Assembly: GCA_016302545.1 (NCBI GenBank)
Contig: JAEDNK010000001.1
Coordinates: 1 to 44,568 of the forward strand
Length of the DNA stretch: 44,568 bases
Origin: Bacillota bacterium
Lineage (GTDB): Bacteria > Bacillota > Clostridia > Peptostreptococcales > Anaerovoracaceae
Direction of reading: 5' to 3'
This document shows, in pieces, positions 8,996 to 17,727 of the stretch. The notes beneath the pieces are model-generated. The model was not told where the DNA came from. It did no database searches and was given only the letters and a program-made list of their open reading frames with translations. Made by a program: the position numbers and the translations under genes. The first letter of the stretch is position 1, and every line of letters starts with the position of its first letter.

Positions 8996-10736
8996 ATTAC
9001 TTGCGGGAAGATATGAATTGATAGAAAAAATCGGCGAGGGCGGTATGGCTGTTGTCTACAAGGGCAAAGACAGGCTTCTTAACAGGTATGTTGCCATAAA
9101 GATCCTTCGTCCGGAATACACAAAAGACGAACAGTTTATCGAAAGCTTTAAGAGAGAGTCGCAGGCCTCAGCCAGACTTTCTCATCCTAACATCGTAGGT
9201 GTTTATGATGTAGGCAAGGAAGGCAATATTCACTTCATAGTCATGGAGCTTATCGACGGAAAGGTTCTCAGCGAAGTAATAAAGGAAAAGGGCAGAATAG
9301 AGTATAAGGAAGCCATAAGCATTATAAGGCAGGTCGCATCAGCCCTCAGTCTGGCTCATAAAAATCAGATTATACATAGGGATATCAAACCTCATAATAT
9401 TCTGATTACGAGCACAGGCGTTGCAAAGCTGGCTGACTTCGGTATAGCCAAGGCGGTAAGCGCGGCAACCATCGTCGGCGGCAGCAGCAAGATAATGGGC
9501 TCTGTTCACTATTTCTCTCCTGAGCAGGCAAGGGGTGCCTATGTAGACGAGCGTTCGGACATTTACTCACTTGGAGTAGTTCTGTATGAAATGCTTACAG
9601 GTCACGTTCCTTTTGACGGAGACAACCCTGTTTCCATAGCTCTTATGCATATAAACGACCCTATTCCGCCACTGACTAAAGAAGTACCGGCAATTCCGCC
9701 GCAGCTTGAGAAGATAGTAAACAAGGCTACTGAAAAATATCAGAGCAACAGATATAAGGATGTTGACGAGATGATAAGAGACCTTGACGATATTGAGTTT
9801 ATCACCAAGGTCATGGGTAAGGACGCCTTTGTGGTGAAGCCCGACGTATCCGACGCATCAGAAGGCGGACGTAAGCGTAAGCCTGAAGAAGCAGTGACAG
9901 ACCGCCATAAGGAGCATAAGGAGCATAAGGAGCAGCCATCTTCCCATGGAAAGAATAAGATGACCATGTTTATCGTAATAGGCGCTGTAATCATTGCAAT
10001 CGTAGGGATTATAGGGCTTGGCTTCATGCTTGGATGGTTCGGCGGAAGTGATGAGATAGAAGTGCCGAGCTTTGTGGGCAAGACGCTGGAGCAGGCTCAG
10101 TCAGAGGCTGAGGCCATTGGCCTTGCCATTCAGGAGGGCGATCTGGTGTTCAGTCCCGATCAGGAGGAGGGCTTAATAGCCTCTCAAAATCCTGTTGAAG
10201 GAGCAAAGGTAACCAAAGGCAAGGTGATTACCGTCAATATCAGCAAAGGCAAAAAGGACGGAGTGGTCCCTAAGATAGAGGGGATGGATTACGAGGAAGC
10301 CAAGGCATATCTGGAATCCTTCGGATTTAAGATGGGACCGGGAGTTACGGTGGAAAGCCATCTGCCAAAGGGCGTAATAGTATCTCAGTCCATTCCTTAC
10401 GGTACAGCTGCCAAGAGCGGCACGGAAATAAATGTCGAAATCAGCGACGGCAAGGGCAAGGAAATGGTTAAGGTGCCTAATCTCATAGGCAGGACCCCAG
10501 ACGAGGCTAACAGCCTGCTTTCCGCAGCAGGGCTTTCAACCAGCGGAAACGTAGTTTATGAGGAGGTCGCCGATATGGCTCAGAACCTCATATTCTGGCA
10601 GGGTATCGCCGCTGACACCGAAGTGGAGAAAGGAACAGCGGTAGACTATAAGGTAAGCAAGGGAACCAAGCCGGAGGGCAGCGGAAGCGGAGATCCGGAT
10701 CTTGACATTGACCCCGAAGAGGGCGAAGAAGAGTAA
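8985..10736 (+). CDS. prkC: PASTA-domain Ser/Thr kinase PrkC
   Basis: Hanks kinase motifs (GEGGMAVVY, HRDIKPHNIL, DFGIA, SPEQ), one TM helix (MFIVIGAVIIAIVGIIGLGFML), three PASTA-like repeats and an acidic tail. GGAGG at 8971-8975 fits the ATG at 8985 better than the track start at 8976. Confidence 0.9.
   Translation: MSNKLLAGRYELIEKIGEGGMAVVYKGKDRLLNRYVAIKILRPEYTKDEQFIESFKRESQASARLSHPNIVGVYDVGKEGNIHFIVMELIDGKVLSEVIKEKGRIEYKEAISIIRQVASALSLAHKNQIIHRDIKPHNILITSTGVAKLADFGIAKAVSAATIVGGSSKIMGSVHYFSPEQARGAYVDERSDIYSLGVVLYEMLTGHVPFDGDNPVSIALMHINDPIPPLTKEVPAIPPQLEKIVNKATEKYQSNRYKDVDEMIRDLDDIEFITKVMGKDAFVVKPDVSDASEGGRKRKPEEAVTDRHKEHKEHKEQPSSHGKNKMTMFIVIGAVIIAIVGIIGLGFMLGWFGGSDEIEVPSFVGKTLEQAQSEAEAIGLAIQEGDLVFSPDQEEGLIASQNPVEGAKVTKGKVITVNISKGKKDGVVPKIEGMDYEEAKAYLESFGFKMGPGVTVESHLPKGVIVSQSIPYGTAAKSGTEINVEISDGKGKEMVKVPNLIGRTPDEANSLLSAAGLSTSGNVVYEEVADMAQNLIFWQGIAADTEVEKGTAVDYKVSKGTKPEGSGSGDPDLDIDPEEGEEE
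9906..9932 (+). repeat. 3 x 9-bp perfect in-frame tandem repeat (CATAAGGAG) encoding HKE-HKE-HKE in the PrkC juxtamembrane linker
   Basis: Read directly from the sequence: cataaggag at 9906, 9915 and 9924. Confidence 0.9.
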
Positions 10737-10742
10737 GGGCCT

Positions 10743-11615
10743 ATGGAAGGATTGATAGTTAAGGGAATCGGCGGTTTCTACTATGTGGACACAGGCTTGG
10801 ATATAATCGAAGCCAAAGGCAGAGGAATATTCAAAAAAGACGGAATCACACTGGCAGTGGGAGACAGGGTGGAACTGGAAATAATAGATGAAGCCGAAAA
10901 AAAGGGTGTAATAAACAGCATCTACCCACGGAAAAATCAGTTTATCAGACCTCCCATCGTAAATGTGGATACCTTTGTGGTTGTATTCGCCGCATCAAAA
11001 CCGAAGCCTAATCTGGTGCTGGTGGATAAGTTTCTGGTAATGGCAGAGATGAACGATGTTGAGGCGGTAATATGTATCAACAAGAGCGATCTGGCATCAC
11101 AGGAAGAACTTAAAGAATTTAGGGCTGTTTATGAAGACATTTATCCCGTAATTGCCGTAAGCGCTAAAACCGGTGACGGCATGGATGAGCTGAAAAAAGC
11201 GGTTTCAGGCAAAACCGCCGCACTGGCAGGACCCTCCGGCGTAGGTAAATCCACCATAATAAATGACCTCGTTCCCTATGCCAATATGGAGACGGGAAGC
11301 ATAAGCGAAAAGACGAAACGTGGAAAACATACCACACGGCATGCAGAGATATTCAATGCTGACGGGGGCGGCAAAATATTTGACACTCCCGGATTTACCT
11401 CCTTTGAAATAATGGAGGCAGGAGAGGACAATCTGATGCATTATTATCCTGATATAGACCGATATACCGGAAGCTGCTATTATGATAATTGCAGGCATCT
11501 CAAGGAGCCGGACTGCGCTGTTAGAGAGGCGGTAAAAGCGGGAAAGATACACAGACTGAGATACGAATCCTACGCCGCCAATATGGAAGAAATAAAGAAC
11601 CGCAAAAAGTATTGA
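10743..11615 (+). CDS. rsgA: Ribosome small-subunit-dependent GTPase A
   Basis: 290 aa. Circularly permuted GTPase motifs (NKSDL ... GPSGVGKSTIIN) and a C-terminal zinc knuckle (CYYDNCRHLKEPDCAV). Confidence 0.9.
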   Translation: MEGLIVKGIGGFYYVDTGLDIIEAKGRGIFKKDGITLAVGDRVELEIIDEAEKKGVINSIYPRKNQFIRPPIVNVDTFVVVFAASKPKPNLVLVDKFLVMAEMNDVEAVICINKSDLASQEELKEFRAVYEDIYPVIAVSAKTGDGMDELKKAVSGKTAALAGPSGVGKSTIINDLVPYANMETGSISEKTKRGKHTTRHAEIFNADGGGKIFDTPGFTSFEIMEAGEDNLMHYYPDIDRYTGSCYYDNCRHLKEPDCAVREAVKAGKIHRLRYESYAANMEEIKNRKKY

Positions 11616-11635
11616 TATAAAATAAGGAGAAAAAC

Positions 11636-12283
11636 ATGCTTAAACTTGCACCATCGATTCTGTCAGCAGATTTCGGACACCTTGCTGAAGACGTAAAAAA
11701 AATAGAAGAGGGAGGAGCCGATTACATCCATGTGGATGTTATGGACGGACACTTCGTTCCCAATATAAGCTTCGGTGCGCCTGTAATGAAGTGCTTAAAC
11801 GGCAAGACCAAGCTGCCTTACGACGTCCACCTGATGATAGAAAATCCGGACAAGTATATAGATGATTTTATCACCCCTAAGACGGAATATATAACAGTGC
11901 ATCAGGAAGCGTGCGTCCACCTGCACCGGACAGTACAGAACATAAAGTCCAAGGGCGTAAAGGCGGGGGTTTCAATAAATCCCGCAACTCCTGTTTCCAC
12001 ACTGGAATGTATTTTACCTGATGTGAATTTGGTCCTCATCATGTCGGTAAACCCCGGCTTCGGCGGACAGAAGTTCATACCGGGAGCTCTGGAAAAGGTG
12101 AGAGAGCTAGCGGAAATAAAGGGGGCTAAGAATCTGGACTTTGTCATCGAGATTGACGGAGGCATTACCCTTGAAAATATCGAAGAAGTCATGGACGCCG
12201 GAGTTGAAATGGCAGTTGCCGGCTCGGCGGTATTCGGCGCCGAGGATGTGACGGAAAGGGTAAGGGAGTTTAAGAAGTTTTAA
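11636..12283 (+). CDS. rpe: Ribulose-phosphate 3-epimerase
   Basis: 215 aa. Motifs HVDVMDGHFVPN, VNPGFGGQKF and DGGI. Confidence 0.92.
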   Translation: MLKLAPSILSADFGHLAEDVKKIEEGGADYIHVDVMDGHFVPNISFGAPVMKCLNGKTKLPYDVHLMIENPDKYIDDFITPKTEYITVHQEACVHLHRTVQNIKSKGVKAGVSINPATPVSTLECILPDVNLVLIMSVNPGFGGQKFIPGALEKVRELAEIKGAKNLDFVIEIDGGITLENIEEVMDAGVEMAVAGSAVFGAEDVTERVREFKKF

Positions 12284-12288
12284 AATGC

Positions 12289-13137
12289 TTACTTTTCGCA
12301 CAGCGCCTCAAGCCCTTCGAAAAATCTGTCGATGGTAGGCCTGCCGCCGTACTGGGACTTCCCTCTCAGAAGATCCATTTCCATGCGGACGGTGTCAAAA
12401 TTAAAAAGGGTGTGAGAATATTCGTCGAAGGAATCGCTGTAGTAGTCCTCAATACCCAGAGATGCTACGTTGGTGAGACCTCGTTTAATGGCTCTGCGGA
12501 TGCGCTGCTTCACTATCTTTGGGTCCTCGCCTAAATGTTCGGCATAATCGTTGAGAGTGGTCTTGCCGTCGTAGCTTAGACCATTGCGGTTCATGTATGC
12601 ACATGCGTTGATGATGTCTTTGGTTCCGCTTTCTCCCAGCATACCCACAGAACCTAGAATTTTTTTGACCTTGCCTGTAAATTCCTCACCGCTTTTTTCG
12701 GCGGAGACTTGAGGCGGAGCTGCTTCAGGCTGACCTATAACGGAGCGGATGCCGCTGAGCACGTTTTCCATCTGTTTCTTTTCTATTACTCTCTTTATAA
12801 CGTTTTCAATTTCTATGCGGTTATTGGGCTTGGTGATAAAGAATTCTATTCCCGCATTGTAGGCGTCGGAAATCATGTTTTTATCCACTACCTGAGACAC
12901 CATAATAAAGCTGATGGCAGGGTTTACCGCATGGACCTCGTTTACTACGGTAATGCCGTCCTTTACGGGCATGAGAAGGTCTACCAGCACAATATCCGGA
13001 TTTTTGGCCAGTATTTCCGCAACTCCCTTTTCGGAATTGGTGTTTGTTCCTATTATTTCGCCTAAATTGCTGCTTTCTATAATGTTTGCCATTACCTTTA
13101 CAGAACCCAGCAGATCGTCAAGAATATAAAACTTCAT
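12289..13137 (-). CDS. Response regulator of the GlnL/YcbB family (CheY receiver + YcbB-type output domain)
   Basis: Receiver motifs DLLMPVKDGI, MVSQV and FITKPNNRIE. The C-terminal domain (KQRIRRAIKRGLTNVASLGIEDYY...FNFDTVRMEM) aligns by eye with B. subtilis GlnL. ATG at 13137 with an upstream AAGGA is preferred to the TTG at 13149. Confidence 0.75.
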   Translation of the reverse strand: MKFYILDDLLGSVKVMANIIESSNLGEIIGTNTNSEKGVAEILAKNPDIVLVDLLMPVKDGITVVNEVHAVNPAISFIMVSQVVDKNMISDAYNAGIEFFITKPNNRIEIENVIKRVIEKKQMENVLSGIRSVIGQPEAAPPQVSAEKSGEEFTGKVKKILGSVGMLGESGTKDIINACAYMNRNGLSYDGKTTLNDYAEHLGEDPKIVKQRIRRAIKRGLTNVASLGIEDYYSDSFDEYSHTLFNFDTVRMEMDLLRGKSQYGGRPTIDRFFEGLEALCEK

Positions 13138-13142
13138 ATGTA

Positions 13143-14438
13143 TCAGCAATCCTTTCTTTCTCGCCTGAAAGCGTATTCAGGTATTCTAAGGGTAAAGCCA
13201 GCGCCGTGGTCTGAAGAGCTCACTGTTATCTGTCCGTTGAAATGCTCCGTCAAAAGGTCTTTTACCAGGGTAAGCCCCAGACCTCTGTTGATATCTCCGG
13301 TTTCTTCGTTATATTTAGTTGAAAAACCCGGTTCAAACAGGACGTCTATGACGTCATCCGGTATTCCAGGACCATTATCTTTGACCTTTATAACGCAGTA
13401 TTTCACATTTTCCTTTATTTCGTCGGTACAGCTGATATTGATGGAGCCGTGGAAAGGGTGTGAATCCGCCAGGGCGTCTATGGAGTTTGACACCAGATTT
13501 CGGATTATGCTCATAAAGGCAAAGTGCTTTTCTATCATGTAATTGGTCTTATAGCTATATGTAAAGGATATATTGGTTCCCGTAGCGGAAGCAGTCTTTT
13601 CCACATCCACAGACAATATTTTGAGAATGTCGTTGAGACTGAGGACGGTATCCTTGAATTCGCTGAGAAAGTTGTCCTGCAGACCTCGTATAACACGCCT
13701 GTAGCCTTTTTTAACCTCGTGTATGTCCTTGGAAATTTCCAGAGCTATATGCTGAAGGCTCTTGGGGTAATTCTCGCGCTCAAGGGTTTTATACAGCGTG
13801 AAGGCGTTTTTCATGATGTCCTCTATTTCATTCATGTTCTTTTCCATAAAGTACACCTCGCTGTTGAAGGTGGACGCCATGAGAACCAGTTTTTTATAGT
13901 TTTCCTCGTGCTCAGCCTTTTCCAGCAAGGATTTATAAATGTCGGAGGAGACGCATACGAGGAGAATAAAGAAGCTCCTGCATACCGCCAGGATGATTAG
14001 TCCGCTCAGTCTCTGCACCGTAAAAAACTGATGAAATATCAGAAATCTCACCATCATTTCAATGCAGTTGGATAGAAAGTCGCTCAGAGCCAATCTTATA
14101 TAGTAGTTTTTATATGATGAAAATCCCAGCTTGCGAAGCAATACGCCGAAGAAAAAGGCGTAGGCAAAGAAAAAGGTCATATCCGGCAGGCATAAAAGAG
14201 CCGATTCACCCCATTTTCCGCCTTTCCAGAGCATAACCACAAAACGGAAAAGAGGGGAGCATACGCCTATGAGCATTATGGCGGTGACGCTTTCCAGATC
14301 CTTGAAGATATAGAGAAAAATGCCCATCATAACTACCGACATTGCGACGATGAAGCCGTCAACGAACATGTTAAGGTATATCTGAGAAGCTATGGAGCTC
14401 ACAGAGACCATAAGAAAAAGTCTGGAATTCTTATTCAT
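13143..14438 (-). CDS. Membrane sensor histidine kinase, GlnK/YcbA (LytS-like) type
   Basis: About 6 N-terminal TM helices, an H-box region (EISKDIHEVKKGYRRV) and HATPase motifs (IIRNLVSNSIDA, DNGPGIP, GLGLTLV). ATG at 14438 preceded by GGGAGGA (14449-14455) is preferred to the TTG at 14462. Its stop lies 5 nt before the regulator start. Confidence 0.72.
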   Translation of the reverse strand: MNKNSRLFLMVSVSSIASQIYLNMFVDGFIVAMSVVMMGIFLYIFKDLESVTAIMLIGVCSPLFRFVVMLWKGGKWGESALLCLPDMTFFFAYAFFFGVLLRKLGFSSYKNYYIRLALSDFLSNCIEMMVRFLIFHQFFTVQRLSGLIILAVCRSFFILLVCVSSDIYKSLLEKAEHEENYKKLVLMASTFNSEVYFMEKNMNEIEDIMKNAFTLYKTLERENYPKSLQHIALEISKDIHEVKKGYRRVIRGLQDNFLSEFKDTVLSLNDILKILSVDVEKTASATGTNISFTYSYKTNYMIEKHFAFMSIIRNLVSNSIDALADSHPFHGSINISCTDEIKENVKYCVIKVKDNGPGIPDDVIDVLFEPGFSTKYNEETGDINRGLGLTLVKDLLTEHFNGQITVSSSDHGAGFTLRIPEYAFRRERKDC

Positions 14439-14461
14439 GGATATTAATTCCTCCCGAAGCA

Positions 14462-14490
14462 ATTATATCATAAAAACACAGCGATTTCAT
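14462..14490 (-). promoter_or_regulatory. Putative sigma-A promoter of the two-component operon (ATGAAA-17-TATAAT on the minus strand)
   Basis: The + strand shows attata at 14462-14467 and tttcat at 14485-14490 with a 17-bp spacer. This leaves a short leader carrying the RBS. Confidence 0.45.
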
Positions 14491-14575
14491 GAAGAATTTT
14501 GAAGCAATTTGAAGCAATTTGAAGATTTGCCCTCCGAAATGATTTTTTTTGAAGTTGTCCGAAGAATTTTGAAGC
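14491..14575. repeat. 10-bp-phased GAAG/TTTGAAG direct-repeat array; candidate response-regulator binding sites
   Basis: GAAG starts at 14491, 14501, 14511, 14521, 14551, 14561 and 14571, all in one 10-bp register. The identical 15-mer GAAGAATTTTGAAGC occurs at 14491-14505 and 14561-14575. Confidence 0.6.
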
Positions 14576-14588
14576 GGCTGCATATAAT
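14561..14588 (+). promoter_or_regulatory. Putative activator-dependent promoter of the liv-type operon (TATAAT -10, no recognisable -35)
   Basis: TATAAT at 14583-14588. The hexamer 17 bp upstream is CGAAGA, lies within the repeat and is not TTGACA-like. Confidence 0.4.
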
Positions 14589-14633
14589 TGTGACATAGAA
14601 TTAAAACCCAAATAGAAATGAGAGGAGAAAAGT

Positions 14634-15824
14634 ATGAAAAAGGTAATGGCTATTTTACTGACGTTGGTGCTTGTTTTCAGTATGGCAGCCTGCGGAGGCG
14701 GCGGCAGTGACTACGACGAAGGTCCTATCAAAATAGGCTGGGTTGGTTCAATTACAGGTGACCAGGCCGTATTCGGAACCTGCGAATCAAATACCATCAA
14801 AATGTTAATCGACCAGAAGAACGCTGAAGGCGGCTTACTGGGAAGAGAGCTGGAATTTGTCGGATATGACGTTAAGGGTGACGTTAACGAAACTATTAAC
14901 GCAACCAAGAGACTGGTTTCTCAGGATAAGGTTTCCGGCATCATCGGACCTAACGCTTCAAACCTTGCAATCGCTATGGCCGGAGTACTTACAGAAACTC
15001 ACACCGCAGGAATTGCAACTGTAGCAACTAACACCAAGGTTACAGTTAACGATGACGGTACCTTAAATCCGTACAGCTACAGAGTATGCTTCATCGACCC
15101 TTATCAGGGTTCAGTGGCAGCATCATGGGCTGTAGATAAAATGGGATATAAGACGGCAGCTATCCTCTATGATATCTCTTCAGACTATGCACAGGGCTTC
15201 AGACAGTACTTCATAGAATACTTTGAAGCAAACGGCGGCAAGATCGTTGCAGACGAATCACATAACTCCGGAGATACAGACTTCAGAGCGCAGCTTACAA
15301 ACATCAAGAAGGCTGACCCTGATTGTATCCTTCTTCCTGGCTTCTACAAGGAAGTAGCACTTATAGCTAAGCAGGCAAGAGACCTTGGAATCGACGCTAC
15401 ATTGCTGGGCGGAGACGGATGGCAGTCAGAAACTCTTAATGAGATGGGAGGCAAAGCTATCGACGGCTCATATGTTGTTAACCACTTAGATGATAACGAT
15501 CCTGCTGTACAGCCTCTGAAGGAGCTTTACAGAGCAACCTATGGACAGGATGCAACGGTTGAATTAAACGCTTACATGGGACATGACGCATTCCTTCTTC
15601 TGTGCGCCGCAATTGAAAAGGCAGGCACGGCAGATCCGGAAAAGGTTGCAGAAGCCATGACTCAGGTTGAGGTTGAAGGACTCACAGGTACCATCAAGAT
15701 GTCACCTGAGGATCACAACCCATCCGGTAAGGAAGCTGCTATTCAGCAGTATAAGTATGACGAAAAGACAGGTAAGGTTGCTCCTTACTTCGTTGAAAAA
15801 TACAGCCCTGCAAACCCTATCTAA
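14634..15824 (+). CDS. ABC transporter substrate-binding lipoprotein, branched-chain/hydrophobic amino-acid (LivK/LivJ, Peripla_BP_6) family
   Basis: 396 aa. Signal peptide with lipobox (VFSMAACGGG) and a type I periplasmic binding-fold sequence pattern. Heads an operon with LivH/M/G/F homologs. Confidence 0.85.
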   Translation: MKKVMAILLTLVLVFSMAACGGGGSDYDEGPIKIGWVGSITGDQAVFGTCESNTIKMLIDQKNAEGGLLGRELEFVGYDVKGDVNETINATKRLVSQDKVSGIIGPNASNLAIAMAGVLTETHTAGIATVATNTKVTVNDDGTLNPYSYRVCFIDPYQGSVAASWAVDKMGYKTAAILYDISSDYAQGFRQYFIEYFEANGGKIVADESHNSGDTDFRAQLTNIKKADPDCILLPGFYKEVALIAKQARDLGIDATLLGGDGWQSETLNEMGGKAIDGSYVVNHLDDNDPAVQPLKELYRATYGQDATVELNAYMGHDAFLLLCAAIEKAGTADPEKVAEAMTQVEVEGLTGTIKMSPEDHNPSGKEAAIQQYKYDEKTGKVAPYFVEKYSPANPI

Positions 15825-15863
15825 TATAGAATCGTAAGGCTTATTAAAAAAACATAAGAAAGA

Positions 15864-15887
15864 GGGGCGGGCGGTATCGCCTGCCCC
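15864..15887 (+). terminator. GC-rich hairpin after the binding-protein gene (partial terminator/attenuator)
   Basis: GGGGCGGGCG-GTAT-CGCCTGCCCC, a 10-bp stem with one G.U pair. It is followed by ATTTAAATAATT, a weak U-tract. Confidence 0.5.
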
Positions 15888-15925
15888 ATTTAAATAATTA
15901 TATAGTTTTATTTTAGGAGGACAAC

Positions 15926-16804
15926 ATGAACCTATTTTTACAGCAATTGATAAACGGTCTGTCCTTAGGTAGTATATATGCGTTGATGGCGGTAGGATAC
16001 TCGCTGGTTTACAGTATCCTTAACTTTTCGAACTTTGCACACGGAAGCGTTATCATGCTGGGAGCCTATTTCGGCTTTTACGCTATGACGCTCCTTCCGC
16101 TGCCGTTTATGGCAGCTCTGGTAGTGGCTGCGCTGGGCTGCGGTATAGTTGCAGTTATAGTTGAAAGAGTGGCATACAGACCATTAAGAAGAAGGAATGC
16201 GCCGGGTCTTTATTTCATTATTGCGGCAATGGGTGGTTCCATTTTCTTGGAAAATCTGGTTATCGCAACAATAGGTCCCACCTTCAAAACCTATCCTCAG
16301 ATTTTTGTTTCAACGGCATTTAAAATCGGAGATATTTCTATCAACAAGCTAGATTTAATCATGTTTATAATCGCGGCAGCCAGCCTGCTGGTGCTGGTTT
16401 TTATTCTGGAAAAGACCAAGATAGGACTGGCAATCAGGGCTTCGTCCTACAGCTCAAAGGGCGCTACGCTGATGGGCGTAAATGTAGATAAAGTCGTGTT
16501 CGTTATATTCCTGCTCGGCGGCATGCTGGCAGGGCTTGCAGGTATGATGTTCGGTATGAGATTTACCGTATATCCTACCATAGGAGTTATCACAAACAAA
16601 TCATTTATTGCGGCAGTATTCGGCGGATTGGGAAGCCTTCCGGGGGCTGTAATCGGCTCGGTGCTTTTAGGACTTATAGAAACCTTTGCGGCAGGCTACG
16701 TAGCGTCCAACTGGAAAGACTTTATCGCCTTTGCACTGCTCATAATCGTGCTGGTAATCAAGCCTTCGGGACTGATGGGTAAGATTACCGAGGACAAGGC
16801 TTAA
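15926..16804 (+). CDS. livH: Branched-chain amino-acid ABC transporter permease (LivH family)
   Basis: 292 aa polytopic membrane protein. N-terminus QQLINGLSLGSIYALMAVGYSLVY is typical of LivH. Confidence 0.88.
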   Translation: MNLFLQQLINGLSLGSIYALMAVGYSLVYSILNFSNFAHGSVIMLGAYFGFYAMTLLPLPFMAALVVAALGCGIVAVIVERVAYRPLRRRNAPGLYFIIAAMGGSIFLENLVIATIGPTFKTYPQIFVSTAFKIGDISINKLDLIMFIIAAASLLVLVFILEKTKIGLAIRASSYSSKGATLMGVNVDKVVFVIFLLGGMLAGLAGMMFGMRFTVYPTIGVITNKSFIAAVFGGLGSLPGAVIGSVLLGLIETFAAGYVASNWKDFIAFALLIIVLVIKPSGLMGKITEDKA

Positions 16805-16818
16805 GGAGGTGCTTATTA

Positions 16819-17727
16819 ATGTTTGAATGGTATTATTTAAGTGGTATCCTTATCCTTTGCGGTATCAACCTTATGGTGGTAATGGGACTGTCTCTGCTTA
16901 CAGGCTTTACCGGACTGTTTTCCTTCGGTCATGCAGGCTTCATGGCCATCGGGGCATACGTTTCTGGAGCGCTTGCCACAATGTTTCACGTACCGTTTAT
17001 TCCGGCTATACTATGCGGAGGGCTGGCGGCAATGCTCATGTCCTTCTTTATCGGAGCGCTGACTCTCAATCTTAAAGGCGACTACTTCTGTATCGCTACT
17101 CTGGGTTTCGGCGAAGCCATGAGACTTATTTTTAACAACGTACAGTTCCTCGGCGGAGCCAGAGGAATGACGGGAATTCCGATGAAATCCTCCATTGTAG
17201 TTGTGTATGTTTTCGTGGTTATCGGACTTGTGTTCATGTGGTTTCTGATTAAATCCAGACACGGCAGAAACATGATTGCCATTCGCGAAGAGGAGCTTGC
17301 TTCTCAGACGATAGGCATAAATATATTTAAATATAAGATGGAATCTCTGGCAATTTCAGCCCTTTATGCAGGCATAGGCGGAGCTCTCTGGGCCTTCTAT
17401 CTGGGATATATAAATCCTGATATTTTCAAGCTGCTCAAGTCTACGGAGCTTACCATCATGGTTATTATCGGAGGACTGGGTTCTGTGACCGGCTCAGTAG
17501 TGGGAACGTTTTTCCTCACCTTCATTCCTGAGATATTCAGAGAATTCGCTCAGTGGAGAATGGTAATTTACGGTGCGGCGGTAATTCTGGTAATGGCTGT
17601 GAGACCTCAGGGTCTTCTGGGAGGTATCGAGTTCAGTCCGACTAAGATTATTCGCTGGTTTAAAAATCTTCCTGAAAGGCGTAAAGCAGCGGCTGCTCCA
17701 AAATCAGCCGAAGGAGGTGAGTCGTAA
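16819..17727 (+). CDS. livM: Branched-chain amino-acid ABC transporter permease (LivM family)
   Basis: 302 aa polytopic membrane protein. GFTGLFSFGHAGFMAIGAY motif typical of LivM. Confidence 0.88.
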   Translation: MFEWYYLSGILILCGINLMVVMGLSLLTGFTGLFSFGHAGFMAIGAYVSGALATMFHVPFIPAILCGGLAAMLMSFFIGALTLNLKGDYFCIATLGFGEAMRLIFNNVQFLGGARGMTGIPMKSSIVVVYVFVVIGLVFMWFLIKSRHGRNMIAIREEELASQTIGINIFKYKMESLAISALYAGIGGALWAFYLGYINPDIFKLLKSTELTIMVIIGGLGSVTGSVVGTFFLTFIPEIFREFAQWRMVIYGAAVILVMAVRPQGLLGGIEFSPTKIIRWFKNLPERRKAAAAPKSAEGGES

